Positions 52,101 to 64,000 of a stretch of 64,000 nucleotides of DNA are shown piece after piece (position 1 is the stretch's first letter; every line of letters begins with the position of its first letter). The notes below the pieces were generated by a model. That model searched no databases and was not told the DNA's origin. It saw only the letters and a program-made list of their open reading frames with translations. The translations under genes and the position numbers were made by a program. Source of the DNA: Anthoceros angustus (Eukaryota > Plantae > Anthocerotophyta); NCBI GenBank assembly GCA_010909165.1, contig MU008159.1, positions 558,001-622,000 on the forward strand, given 5' to 3'.

Positions 52101-55100
52101 AGTCCAGGGCACGTGTCCACAAAAGGAAATCCCCCACAGACTATAAACTTGGCAGCATCAAGAGATCTTATGCCTATAGAATCCAAGACAGGTACCAATG
52201 CAGGGCTTCCTTTCACATCCACGCCGAACCATGACACAGAAACCGAGTAGTTACCAGGCTGAGGAGTGACATACGTTACACCATACCTTCCTCCCCAGTT
52301 GTGCTTGTCAACAATAGTTATCATTCCTAGATTGCAGAGTCCCGACTTGCAAAGTTGGACCCGGAAGGGCTCACCAAAACTTCCAGGGTCATTTTTTGAA
52401 TTGCCAACTGAGTCACGAGCATTGATGTAGAAGGTGGCAGGCATGTTAATAACTGTTCCCCTCAACCCCACGCCTGAGATGTAAGTTTGCCTTACATCCA
52501 AATGACCAGTACTCTGTACGGATGAGTAAATGATGGACTCATTTTTGAATGCGATTGTTAAATGTGACACGCCTGCTTGCATGGTGGTGAAGTTGAACGC
52601 AAAAAAACTTGCAGAATAAATCAAATGTAAAGGAGAAACATGGACTTGAAGAGAGGAAATCTCATTTTCAGCTCCCGGGAAAGGGCTGATAGTTCCCGTT
52701 ATTTTAAACAAAGCCATGTCGTCCAGAGTCACCTTCACTATGTTTCCATACAAGTCTCGGTTAGTAACAAGCATCGATACGTTTTGACCTGCAAGGCTGT
52801 GAATTATACTGGGAGTAGTGAATAACATCTGTCTACAATCTATTTCCCCTGGTGCAACAGTAACTTGAGTTTCCAACTTTTCATGTTCCCAGCCAAAGGA
52901 TATGGCATAAACCCCAGCTCGCTCTGTGATGAATGCCACATTGTACACACTCCCGAAAATGCTAGTCACTTGGACATATGCATTGACATCTTCATGTGTG
53001 GCCCGCACAGTTACAAATTCATGAACCAGGAGGCCATCGTCATCAAGACTGACATTGTTTCCAAAACTGTCCATCAGCTGCAACTGGAATGAGCCACTTT
53101 CTCCGGCAATTGTGTCCATTACTTCACTCAGTATGCAATCTAGTGGAGAGACAGGACCGGAAATGACAAACAGTTCGAAACCAGTAAGGAAAGGCTTGTC
53201 ATCCAGCAAGACAGTCACCTGCAGCAAACGCAGTGGATCCCTTCAAGGACTTTCAAACATGGGACTTGGGACAAGTGAGATCCATGTGTCCACCAAGCTT
53301 CACAATCTGCCTGAGCATAACAGTAAATTCTCACAAGACTGACCAGACCAGTACACCACACCAACGAAGTAGATGCAGACTACCCCTTTTTGCCTACAAA
53401 CTAGCAAGGCAAAGCAGAGCAGAGGAGTCACCTGGTATTCCTGGGCAATGGTGATTCCAATAATTATGCCCTCAAAGTGTTCACCAACACCTAAAAGGGG
53501 GTAGGAAAAGTTGTAACCCCCCTTGAATATGTTCAGGATGATTTGCTTTGCAGCTAGTCCACTGCTCCCAATCTTGTTATCGTATGAGTCTCTGACATCA
53601 AGCTTGACCAAGATTGCACTTCCCGCCGAGACATTGCTACTGAGGGAAAGAAGTGAATTGGCTCCAAACGGACTGGACGGTTCGACAGTCAAGGAGACCC
53701 CTGATCCTACAAGAGGGGTCAGACCAAGAAAAGATTCCTCTACAAGGGTACATTGACCAAAATAGGCCTTCACAGTATACTCCCGCGCCAATCTAACATG
53801 AAATACTGCTGTATAGCTCCCTGCAACTGGAGCTCCAATGGCATCCACAATTGGGTTGATGTCTCCAAACAGGGGATTTTCATCAGTGTCGAAGAGCCCA
53901 ACCATCAGCTGAAGTTCAGCGAGTCCATTTTGAAAGGAGCTGGCAGCTGGGTTACCTGAGCCCACCACAGACATCACCGGTGTCGTCATATTATAGAGGG
54001 TACAAATAGTGCTAAAATTGAAGTGACAGCACCTTTTCAAAACCATGGATGCCCTCCACAACCATCAATGCCAGAAATTCTTTTCAAGATTTACCATATA
54101 CGTCCACCAGCTCAACACTGTATGAGATTGAGGTGCCAGCTTTCACTCTGGAAAAAGTAGCTCTTATTGATGACTTGGATGCCAATGCCATCCCAGATAC
54201 AACGTTCAAAACATAAGGCATATTCATTATTGGTGTGTCACCAAGCAAAACTGAAATAGAATATTTTCCAGGATAGGTGACGTTAATGCCAAAACCGCAG
54301 TGGACATTAGCACGGGAATCTGGACAGCGATCAGCAAACAGAACTAGAGATTCGTTGTTTGCTGCTGACATAACGATGGTGAAGTTATTGATCACCTCAT
54401 AAGACGCTTCAGAGCATCTGCAAGAGATGCATCCACAAAAAATATACAGCCAGATTAGTAGTGATCGGAAAGCTTTATCACTCTAAGAAGAGGTTTTGGT
54501 CCATGACAGTTGCGCTAATTTGCTCACTATGCAATTTTCTTCTCAGATCAGGTACTTCACTAACCTAATGTTCAGTGTGTGTTCGCCCACCAGGACTACG
54601 GACGAAGATATCTCGTGATCCGGTTCCAGGTAAAACTTCGCTGCATCCTCTGACTCATTCTGGAACGTGCTGAAGTTTCGCTGACCATCAGAAACAGGTG
54701 ATCCTTCCACGGTTACGGATACATAGTAAGTCTCCACTCTGATGAGTGTGAAGCGAACTGAATAGACTCCTTGGCCAAGTGGCAATATTGTCGCTGGCCT
54801 TAACAGCGAAGTACCATCTGAGCTCGTTATGTCAACTGAGAAAGGAATAGGATGAATAATCACAGTCTTGACCAGTCTATTTTCATCTCTGGCTGTGATG
54901 TTGAAGCCCACCTTCTGCCCCACCCTATACATTTCTTGCAATCTGTGGCAGCCATGAAAACGTGTTCGTCATTTCCCTGGGAAGCAAACTAATGCAGGTC
55001 AGAGAGTCGACAACAAAATGGATTTTGTACCCGGATACGAAACTCTGACTAGCTGAAAGCTTTCCTGCCACGTTGAACTTATATATCCTGCCATCGATGG

Positions 55101-55518
55101 GTTCACACACCTCCTCCTCGGAGCAAGAAAGGACATGGAAAGAATAAGAGCCGATTGACAAGACAGAGATTGTTATTGCATAAGCGCCTGGGACAGAATC
55201 AATCGGAGCCGACGGGAAATATTCATCCTGTGGAGAGACAATTGCACGCAGCATAACATCTGCGAGAGGTTGCTTCCCGTCAGTCGTGTTAGGAGGAAAA
55301 ATAGTCAAACTTGCTCCTGAACCAGTGTCTCTCACGTCCACAACGTATCCTTGCGTGGAATGCCTGCTGTAGGACTTGAGAACACCAAAGTCTGCCGAAG
55401 TGCAAGCGACCACGTAACATTTCCATAGAAAGCCCAGCAACCACAAACTTACGGTGAAGCCACCTTTGATGCCCCTTGCGGCTCCCTGAAAAAATGAAAT
55501 CCACCCACAACGCGTCAA
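40136..55518 (-). CDS. Giant filamin/Ig-like-repeat + PKD/REJ-module protein, copy B (tandem paralog)
   Basis: Collinear with copy A exon for exon (e.g. 40951-42108 = 20561-21748; 51944-53227 = 31547-32830). Homology extends over ~40060-56300 vs ~19720-36170. Confidence 0.82.
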
Positions 55519-56637
55519 CGCTCTGTATGCTTATGAGATCTCTAGCAGCTGTTTGATGAGACAATGTACTGCTTCTACTCCAAATCCGCCGTCACTCCAA
55601 CACATACCATGCCGGGAAGCAAGTCGCACTATCTTCTTGTTGCAAGACCAGCTCCACCCAAACTCGTCGTGTACACTCTGCCTTCTGAAACACAGATTAA
55701 GCAAACCGAAACCAGAGTTTCACACGACATCCTGGAATCAGGGCATCAGCATCTCTTGCTCAGTTTTGCAAAAGCAGCTCTCGCCACATGCCGGAGGCGC
55801 AGGGATTGGACAGAGCGGCGAAACAACACAGACTCGCCAGCCTTACGGAAGCACGGCACCTAAGTTGGTTCTCCAAACTGGAACCCATCCATAGATTTCC
55901 CACAGGCAGGCTTCACCCGCCTGATCCTGAAGCCAGCAAGTTGCCGGATGTGCACGCTTGGCTGGAAAATCAAGGAATCAAGAGCCGATATCTTGGAAGC
56001 CATCTCGGAAGCCGACTGCGACACCTTCCAGGAAGCCATCTCGGAAGCCGACTGCCACACCTTCCTCTCTGTGTACATTTACACATCACAGCCAAAGATC
56101 CATCTTCCACAGAAAACCCTTTCTCCCTAGCAAGACCGACTTTCCTTCACCACTTCCATTGCATGCACTTCTGTGCATCGAATCCAGACGGCATTCAGGG
56201 ATCAGCATGTCCCAGGACATGCTCTCTCCGTCTCTCCAGAGAGATTGACCCGTTTAGCTTAGCTAACCGAGGGTCAGTAAACCCAGGGTTAAGACCCTGG
56301 AATAATCAGGCATAAGTATATATTTATCATTTTAATGACACAGCATTTATGCCCTGCTCCGGGTTGCTGCCAAGTCTGCAGGCTGAGGAGCTGGGTCAAG
56401 GTACGCGCTGGAAACGCTGGATCTGCAGGTTTGGAGGCCTTGGAATTCGGAGGTTGACTGATATTTGAGCACACTGTTTTGTGGGCACTTGGCGGATCAG
56501 CAGATTCCCCGTCATTGCGTCTCCAAGACCTTCGCTCTTTTATAGAGCCAGGCGGGGGACATTGCTGGGCTGGAGTGATCGATCTGTTCTGACTCTGCCC
56601 AGTTCCGCTCTTTGTGTGGCTATAAAGGGAAATCGAA

Positions 56638-59304
56638 ATGGTGAGGGGCACGATTAGCAGAGTCGTGGCCAGGACGGCTGCGGCTGTCGCCCAGAGCTCT
56701 TTGGCATCTCATTATCCTGCTGCAGCTGCGTCCGGGGCTGTAGAGGGGCAGAAGTCATGGCAGCAGCAACAGACTCGGTATCTCAACGTTCATGAGTACC
56801 AGGTGCTTCATCTGACCATGTGTTTTTGGTAGCCTTGTGCTGCCTTTTCGGTTGGGCTGGCTGGATCGTGGGTGTGGGCAAGTTTCGAATTAGGGGAGTG
56901 TGTGTTGTTTACGGAATAGGTTATGGTGCAGCTGAAAGCAGTGTGTTGCAATCTATGCTGAGATGGTGTCCTTGGATGTATCCGATTGATTGTATGCTGC
57001 ACTGTGCCGCTGGTTGTCATCTCCTGCACAAGTTCTGTGTGAGTTCTGACTTTCTTTTGTGAACAGTCCTCAGAGATTATGAAAGGATTTGGAGTCCAGG
57101 TTCCAAAAGGAGTTGTGGTGAGCAACAAGGCTGAAATCCAAAACGTTATTCGCCAAAACTTTCCCGACAGTCAGCAGGTATGGGAGTAATCAACCTTACG
57201 TAGAAGAGGAGTCAGCAGCCCTCTTGTGGCGTGTGAAGCTCGTAGTTGGTAACAAGTTACCCATTGGAGGTTACGGATAATGTGTTGACAGGGTGTGTTC
57301 TGTGGGAATCCTGAGGCAGCTAGTTGTCAAGAGCCAAATCTTAGCTGGTGGCAGAGGTCTTGGCACATTCAAGAATGGTTTCAAGGGTGGAGTGCATGTT
57401 GTGCCGACTAGCGAGGTTGAGACAGTTGCAGGTGAGCGTCTGCCCTTGGTGTTTGTGAGCCATATTGGTTGGGAAGTGTTTGGTTGCTGCCACGAGCTGA
57501 ACGGCTCATGTCCATCGTTGTTACCATCTATTTTACAGGGAAGATGCTAGGGCAGATACTTGTCACTAAGCAAAGCGGTCCGCAAGGGAAGCCTGTCAAT
57601 AAGGTGAGAGATGACCTGTTCTGCGCACTGAATCAAGCAGCCTGGAATAGTTGTGTGATGTTCTGGGCTGTTGCATGGCTTCCCTCCCTGGTTGTTGTGA
57701 AATTGAGGTTTTCCAACTTGTCTTGTCTCCCGCGCCATGTAGGTCTACCTGTGTGAGAAGCTGAATCTGGTAAATGAGATGTACTTCGCTATTGCTTTGG
57801 ACCGTGCAAGTGCAGGCCCTGTAAGTTTCCAACTTGACGCAGTTGCCCTTCAAGTGGGATGGACACCTCGTAACATGCGCACTTGTGTTTGCATGCATTT
57901 GATTCTAATGTTCGACTTCTTGGTGGAATAAGGTTATTATTGTTTGCAGCAAGGGAGGTACAAGCATAGAGGACCTGGCCGAGAAGTATCCTGACATGAT
58001 AATCAAGGTACGCCAGCTAGCTTCGTCTTGTTGCTTCAATGGGCTGGGAGTGCGCAACTCTGTTCAGAAGGATGTGATATTTGCAGGAGAAGGAATGACA
58101 GCGTTCCACAACTGCAGGTTCCTGTTGACATCAATGCCGGTATCACAGATGATCAGGCTGGACAGGTTGTAGATGGCCTGAGTCCTAAGCATGCCGATCG
58201 GGAGCAATGCATTGAACAAGTGAAGGCGTTGTATAAGCTTTTCAGTGAAGGGGACTGCACTTTGGTCGAAGTAAGAAAGGCTGACTCGCCTGCAATGGCA
58301 TTGCTGGCTCATGGTGAAGCTTAGTCTGGGATGTCGCCCACATTGAGGGACTGATTGTGGGTGGCGTCTCTGGCTCAGGTGAACCCGATGGCAGAAACTG
58401 ATGATGGGCGCTTGGTCTGCGCTGATGCGAAGCTCAATTTTGATGACAATGCAAGTTTCCGGCATAAGGATATCTTTGCCATGCGGGACAAGTCTCAGGA
58501 GGATCCCAGAGAGGTGCATTAGGGGAATCGCTTTCTTTGAGTTGTTTTGCATAAGCAGTGGTGTGAGGTGGAGATCATTTTCTAAGCAGCAGGGACTGTT
58601 GCAAGCAGGTTGCTGCTGCAGAGGCCGATTTGAACTACATCGGCTTGGACGGGGAGATCGGGTGCATGGTGAATGGAGCCGGCTTAGCCATGGCCACAAT
58701 GGACATCATCAAGTTGCACGGCGGAACACCAGCAAATTTCCTCGATGTCGGTGGTAACGCATCTGAAAGCCAGGTACATCTCCAGCATCCCTTTACCCCA
58801 GCCCGCCACAGCCAAACACGCACCTCCTGCTCACATGCAACCAAACCCTGGCTCTGCAGGTGGTGCAAGCTTTCAAGATTCTGACAGCAGACCCAAAGGT
58901 GAAGGCCATCCTAGTGAACATATTCGGAGGCATCATGAAGTGCGACGTCATCGCCGGCGGAATCGTGAGTGCTGCAAAACAGGTTCGTCCCTCCTCCATC
59001 TCCTCCTTGTCAAAATGCATCATGCAGGGTCTGAACCCCTTGTTGGCCACAAATCTCAGGTCGACTTGAAGGTCCCCTTGGTTGTCCGGCTTGAAGGCAC
59101 CAACGTCGATATCGGCAAGACAATCCTCAAGGTAAAACTCCACACCCTCCCAGCCCCCGTCAACACCACCACACTGTGCTGCAACTTGCACAGCGCGCTG
59201 ATGCCCCGCCGCGGGTGCAGGAAAGCGGGATGACGATCATCACTGCTGAAGATCTGGACGACGCTGCCAAAAAGGCTGTGAGCGCTCTGAGGAAAAAGTA
59301 CTAG
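56638..59304 (+). CDS. sucC: Succinyl-CoA ligase beta subunit, mitochondrial
   Basis: Presequence followed by RYLNVHEYQ; [25 protein letters not shown]; [22 protein letters not shown]; [41 protein letters not shown]; [16 protein letters not shown]; [12 protein letters not shown]; ends [19 protein letters not shown]. Confidence 0.97.
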
Positions 59305-59580
59305 GCTTTTGCATTTCCAGATTCCGGATCTGCAAGTCTGAGAGCACCGTTTTTGTAGCCAAGAACATCGGCTGTGGCGGATCCAATGCAACGGTCTGCG
59401 GGCGAGGCATTCTCTCCCGGACTTGAACAATTCTGGCATCCGATATTTGACGGCTTGTTTTCTTCATTATCTACTTCTAAGCGGCAGAGCTTTCTCGCCT
59501 CGAGGTCGGTGAAAGGAAGGAGCCGGCGTTGCAGCTTCTGAGCCCGTGTGTGACGAGAGACTCGAGACCGAGCTGCGGCC

Positions 59581-60422
59581 ATGTCGTCCGCGTCGGCTTG
59601 GACTGTACAGTGCGTTGGTGAGGAAGTCATGCTGGAGCAGGAGCGGCATGACGTGCGTTGTTTCTTGTTCCTTCACAGATTGGACTGAGACTGTCTGCAG
59701 GTTGGAACGCAGCTGCTGCAGCGCAGGCGGCGGATGGAATCTGCTGCAGCCGGGTGCGATCTTCTTCGGGCTTGAAATGTGGCCGGTAAGGACACCGCCA
59801 TTGCGGCGACCATGGCCGTGCTTGCGGCGCGCGGCTGCCACGCCGCTTTCATACTGAAGCTGGTTTGTGTGGTTTGGCAGAGTGCCGTACTTGGGATCGA
59901 GACGAGGAGGAGCGCGGGCGATCGGAGCTCAGGGGAGGGCTAGGGTGATCGCCTGGTTCAAGTTCGGGAACCGGGGGTTGGACTCGGAGGGGGCCGGGAT
60001 CTACGCCAGCCAGGGGAGGGATGAATTCGACCGCGACGATGTGGAGCAGGTGCGTTTGAGACGAGAGCCAGCTGAAGCTGCTGTTGAAGGGATGACATGG
60101 AAGTTGGTGAAGGGGTGTAGGAAGCTGAGCGTGGTTCGGTTTGGTTGTTCTTGTCTGGTTGCAGTACTTCAACTACATGGGCATGCTGGCCACGGAAGGC
60201 ACCTACGACAAGATGGAGGCGCTCCTGAGCAAAGGCATCCATCCTGTGGACATCCTGCTGCTGCTCGCGGCTTCGGAGGGGGACCGGCCCAAGATCGAGG
60301 AGTTGCTCCGAGCGGGTGCCAGGAGCGACGTCACGGACGTGGAGGGCCGCACCGCTATTGACAGGGCGGGCAGCGAGGAGATTAGGGAGCTTATCATCCA
60401 AGGGAGCAAGGTGGTAGCGTGA
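59581..60422 (+). CDS. LTD: LHCP translocation defect protein (LTD/GDC1), chloroplast ankyrin protein
   Basis: Exons 59581-59617, 59701-59785, 59881-60049, 60165-60422. Conserved sequence WFKFG..DSEGAGIYASQGRDEFDRDDVEQ|YFNYMGMLATEGTYDKMEALL..IHPVDILLLLAASEGDRPKIEELLRAGA. Confidence 0.92.
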
Positions 60423-60505
60423 GGTAGAGATTTGCAACAAGCACAAGCTGTGCAACAATTTGACGCTACAGGCGGGGAAGGAACAAAAGTTGAGGGTTCC
60501 CAATG

Positions 60506-61944
60506 CTAGATTCTTCTACGGTTATCCAGTCTTGGTCGCTTTGCAGCTGGAGTAGTTCTGGCGCCAGGTTGTCCTGGCGGTGGCAAGTGCTCGTTTGCCG
60601 CGGGAGCTTGGGCCGCGAAGGGTTTTTCAGTGCTGGCAATCTGTTGAGAAAAGCTGCATTATTTTCATTGCGTTGTCATCAAAGGAGGAGCAGCTGCGGT
60701 GTTGGGGGTTCCTGCAACGACAGTACGCTCACCTGATCCAGCTTGTGCCTCACTGACTGTAACGTTTCGTGCATGGACGGGGTGAGGAGCTGCAGAAGGA
60801 GGACGCGCGAGGTCAAGCCATATGACAGGGAGGAGGATGAGCTGAAGACGGCAAATAGCGTCATGGCCGACCTGTGTGCTCGTGCCTGCGCCTGCCGCTC
60901 GGGTTTGCACTCCAGCCAAGGCATTTCCGTGTCTGAATCATCGCAACCAGCGGGTCAGATCATGCAAAACCGTGAGCAGATTGATCTGTAGTCGAGAGCA
61001 GGGTCTAATTTCCCATGTTTTAACCTAATAAGACACACGGGCTTACAATGGTGTCGCAGCTGTGTGGCGTCGCGAAGGAGCTGGAGCATAGTGTTTCTGC
61101 ACAGAGCTTGATAAAAAGGAAGCCAACAGCGGGTCCTGACCCGGAGTTTGATGTTCTGCGCTTGACCTCGATGTCGGCAGTCTCAAGCCTGGATAAGTCC
61201 CTGCTGCTGCGGAGTAAGATAAGAACAGGCGAGTGAGCGACCAGACCACAAGCAAACAGAGCACAAGGACAGGCGTAATGGGACATACAGTTCACTCTCC
61301 CGCGGCGAAGAACGTCGCTCCGCCTTTCTTCTAACTTTTCTTGTGTGTCTTCCAGTGTCTCATACTCGGGAGCATATGAGACCTGCAGCAAGTTGCTCAG
61401 GAAGTTGTAGTCATCAAGCTTTCTCTTGGAAAATCTGCACTAGGAGTTGCACCTTCGCATGAGATTGCCGCCCAAGACACCCGGCGGAGTTGCAAAACAC
61501 CAACGATCGATACCTGGCATTGCTAATTTTCGCATACTTCATCCAATATGCTTCGGTAAAAGGCTCGCAGTCTTCCTCATCCAACCGCCTGAACCTGCAC
61601 CGGAACTCAACCTCCTCAATTTCACACAGCCACAGTCACCAAGCCCGGCGTAAGGCAAGAGAAACTCACTCCACGATGTCCCCGTGAAGCGCAAACAGGT
61701 TCCGCAGATCATCCGCACACTTCAAGGCAGGCACGTTCCTCACAATCAAATACCTGCGGCACATCAAAATAACTCCATCAACACAACAAGCAACAAGCTT
61801 TGTAAGACGCCTAGGGTTCCAGATCACGCCGGGAGCAAAGCGGAAGAAAACAGGCCTGGATTCATCGCAAACAGTGTAGACACGCGCATCCTTGTTCGGC
61901 TCCCGGTCATGACGCCTGAGCCTCCCGGAGTGATGGCCATCCAT
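60506..61944 (-). CDS. RBM48: RNA-binding protein 48 (RRM; minor-spliceosome factor)
   Basis: RVYTVCDES|RYLIVRNVPALKCADDLRNLFALHGDIVE, EEDCEPFTEAYWMKY, KLDDYNFLSNLLQVSYAPEYETLEDTQEKLEERR, SMHETLQSVRHKLDQ and terminal KRPRLDNRRRI*. Confidence 0.9.
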
Positions 61945-64000
61945 CTATCGCGGCATTCCATTCAATCGATCCACATCGTCCAACACGCCAGCAGCACGCC
62001 AAGATTTCCTCCTGCTTTTGCTTCTTGCTTCCAATCACCACGCCAGCACCAGCTCCGACTCCGACTCCGCAGACCAGGCTGGAACCAGTCTGGCACAAAT
62101 TTGCTCCACTCACTCACTCAGCGGTCGCTTCAGTTGGTGGTACATACAGGGCAGCGGGTACGTCACGCCTCAGAATTATTACCGGAACCGGTACGAGAGC
62201 CCCCTCCTTCACCTTCATAGGTTGGTTCAACAGCTCACAGTTCACTTCGCGCTTGCTCCGAGTCCCCACCGGGCGTCCTCAATTCCCGCAACAGATCTCT
62301 CGCGCGCCTGCGCCCGCACCGCCAGCGCCAGCGCCACCTCTGTTGCTACACCGCCATCCTTCTTAGGGCTGCGGGTGGCTCTGCCGAGCTTTTTTCGAGC
62401 ATAATCCGCTTTCCTTTCCGCGTTGCAGCATCCGCCGTCTGGATCACGCAACTGCTGCATCCGCCACTTTTGTCCAGCCCATGGTAATCGTGCCTGCACG
62501 ATCTTGTGACAGGCTTCTGCTCAGACAACGAGACAGCGCGTTTGTAGCCGTCCTTGTCGCGCCAGTTTTCGTGCCTGAAGAAGTTCTTGTCTCTTGTCTC
62601 AGTTTTGAGCCATCTTGCGCTCTTCTTTGTCTCATCTTGTGAGTAAGTCCTCAAATCTTGGTTGCCTTTGCGAGAGGATCGTCACGCAACTCCACTTTGT
62701 TCGAGCTGCTGAGCATCCTCCAAGACCTTGAAGACCTTTCGCAAGCTTCATGACTCGGCGGATGGATTCGTCCTTCTTGAACTTCATTTCAGAACATTCG
62801 ACTGGAGGCTCGGGAAATAGCTGCTACAGACCGCGATATCTTCTCTTAGAATTCTCTCCGAGCTCTTGATTCCATTCAGCTCATGACGGCTGTTCGACGA
62901 TCGGAGGGCCTCTGACGTCCTGAGCTGATTGGAACCAAGGTTTCTAAGATCATTCTAAGAGGATATAGCGCGGTCTGGTTTCTGGAGTGCCAGTGTACAC
63001 ACGTGACAAAACCGGGCATAAAGGCCGGCGAATTGCGATCTTTGACGAGTGTGATACCAGAGTGTGGAGCCGGAGACGCTTTTTTTCGTGGCTCGGCATT
63101 CAGAAGTTCGGTGCTAAGAGGCTGGTAGGCGCTGGATCCAAGGTATGCCATCCAAGTTCGATTCCTGTGATGGCCTGCACCGTGGTCCCTGCTTTGCTGT
63201 ATGTAAGTTGTTTCTCCTTGGGTCTCCTCAGTAGAGTGGGAATCTTTTTGTGAATGTATACCTTACTGCATCGGATATCCTTGATGAGCAATTTCTGTTG
63301 GCGCACTGTCCATGTGCAATGATCCTTCTGGTCATGAATGTGCTATGGATGGTGACTGGAGGTGGTACAAGTACATTGTCTCATAAATCTTTTCAACCGT
63401 CCCACATAAAAGAAGCCCGGGGCTTAATTGCCACGGTTCAGGAAATGGTATGATATATGGCCTGTCAGCTGTTTCCATGGCAAGGTACTTTGTACCGGTG
63501 GATGCACCAGAGACCTTTTGTAGCCTTTGAGGTGTGTTCCTCGCGGAAACGATAACGGGTCGACGAGCGAATGTGTGGTGACGATCTGGTCCCTAAGTCG
63601 TTTGGTCCTAAGTTTCAGACATCGTTGCAGCGACTCATTCCATTAGCCTAAGGACCAGGACAAGCACCAGGGCATCTGTGGGACTAAGTCTTATGGACTT
63701 TAAACATGTTCTATTTAATAAAGGAATACTTAGTATTTTCCACCAGCTTTACCTATTCTAAATATGTAGGTATGTAGTGCATGTCGTCTCAAAGTCTCTT
63801 GCGCTCCCCTCGAAGTCGACAACATCCTTTAGCTCAAAAGTTCAATAGAGACTTTATTAAAAAGAAGAGATGGAAAATCCATCCACCCCCGAACCGAGGG
63901 GGACAACATCCTTTTGGCATCTCCGAGGGAGCTCAAAAGTAGTAGACTCGAACCGGACAAAACTTTCCCGTCATTTTCTTCAACAAAAAAAGGTTTTCAC

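Noticed and set aside
19789-55518. Treating the many minus-strand ORFs as separate genes, or as a bacterial adhesin/contaminant
   Set aside because: They join through GT-AG introns with consistent phases into one gene per copy, flanked by plant nuclear genes.
20268-55564. Numerous short antisense/alternate-frame ORFs 'conserved' in both duplicates
   Set aside because: Their conservation simply reflects the DNA-level identity of the duplication.
40060-56300. Copy B as a purely artefactual haplotype duplication
   Set aside because: Many blocks are substantially diverged with indels, and the flanks differ. Real paralogy is more likely, though spanning reads should confirm it.

Overview
This is eukaryotic nuclear DNA from a compact, gene-dense land-plant genome. 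GT-AG introns are mostly about 70-170 nt, and chloroplast (LTD) and mitochondrial (succinyl-CoA ligase) nuclear genes are present; a non-seed plant such as a hornwort is my inference. From left to right: (1) a triplicated B3-domain transcription factor / DnaJ segment (1-8.1 kb), whose first B3 copy appears to carry two mutually exclusive exons for the start of the B3 domain; (2) a repeat-rich block with a degenerate TIR element, hairpins and a compound satellite (8.4-16.7 kb); (3) a single-lobe, probably membrane-anchored transferrin preceded by a perfect 62-bp palindrome (17.3-19.1 kb); (4) two tandem ~16-kb copies of a giant minus-strand gene with a long filamin/Ig-like repeat array fused to a PKD/REJ module, separated by a decayed Ty3/Gypsy element (19.7-56.3 kb); (5) housekeeping genes succinyl-CoA ligase beta, LTD and RBM48 (56.6-61.9 kb). 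All gene models were spliced by eye and no database searches were run.
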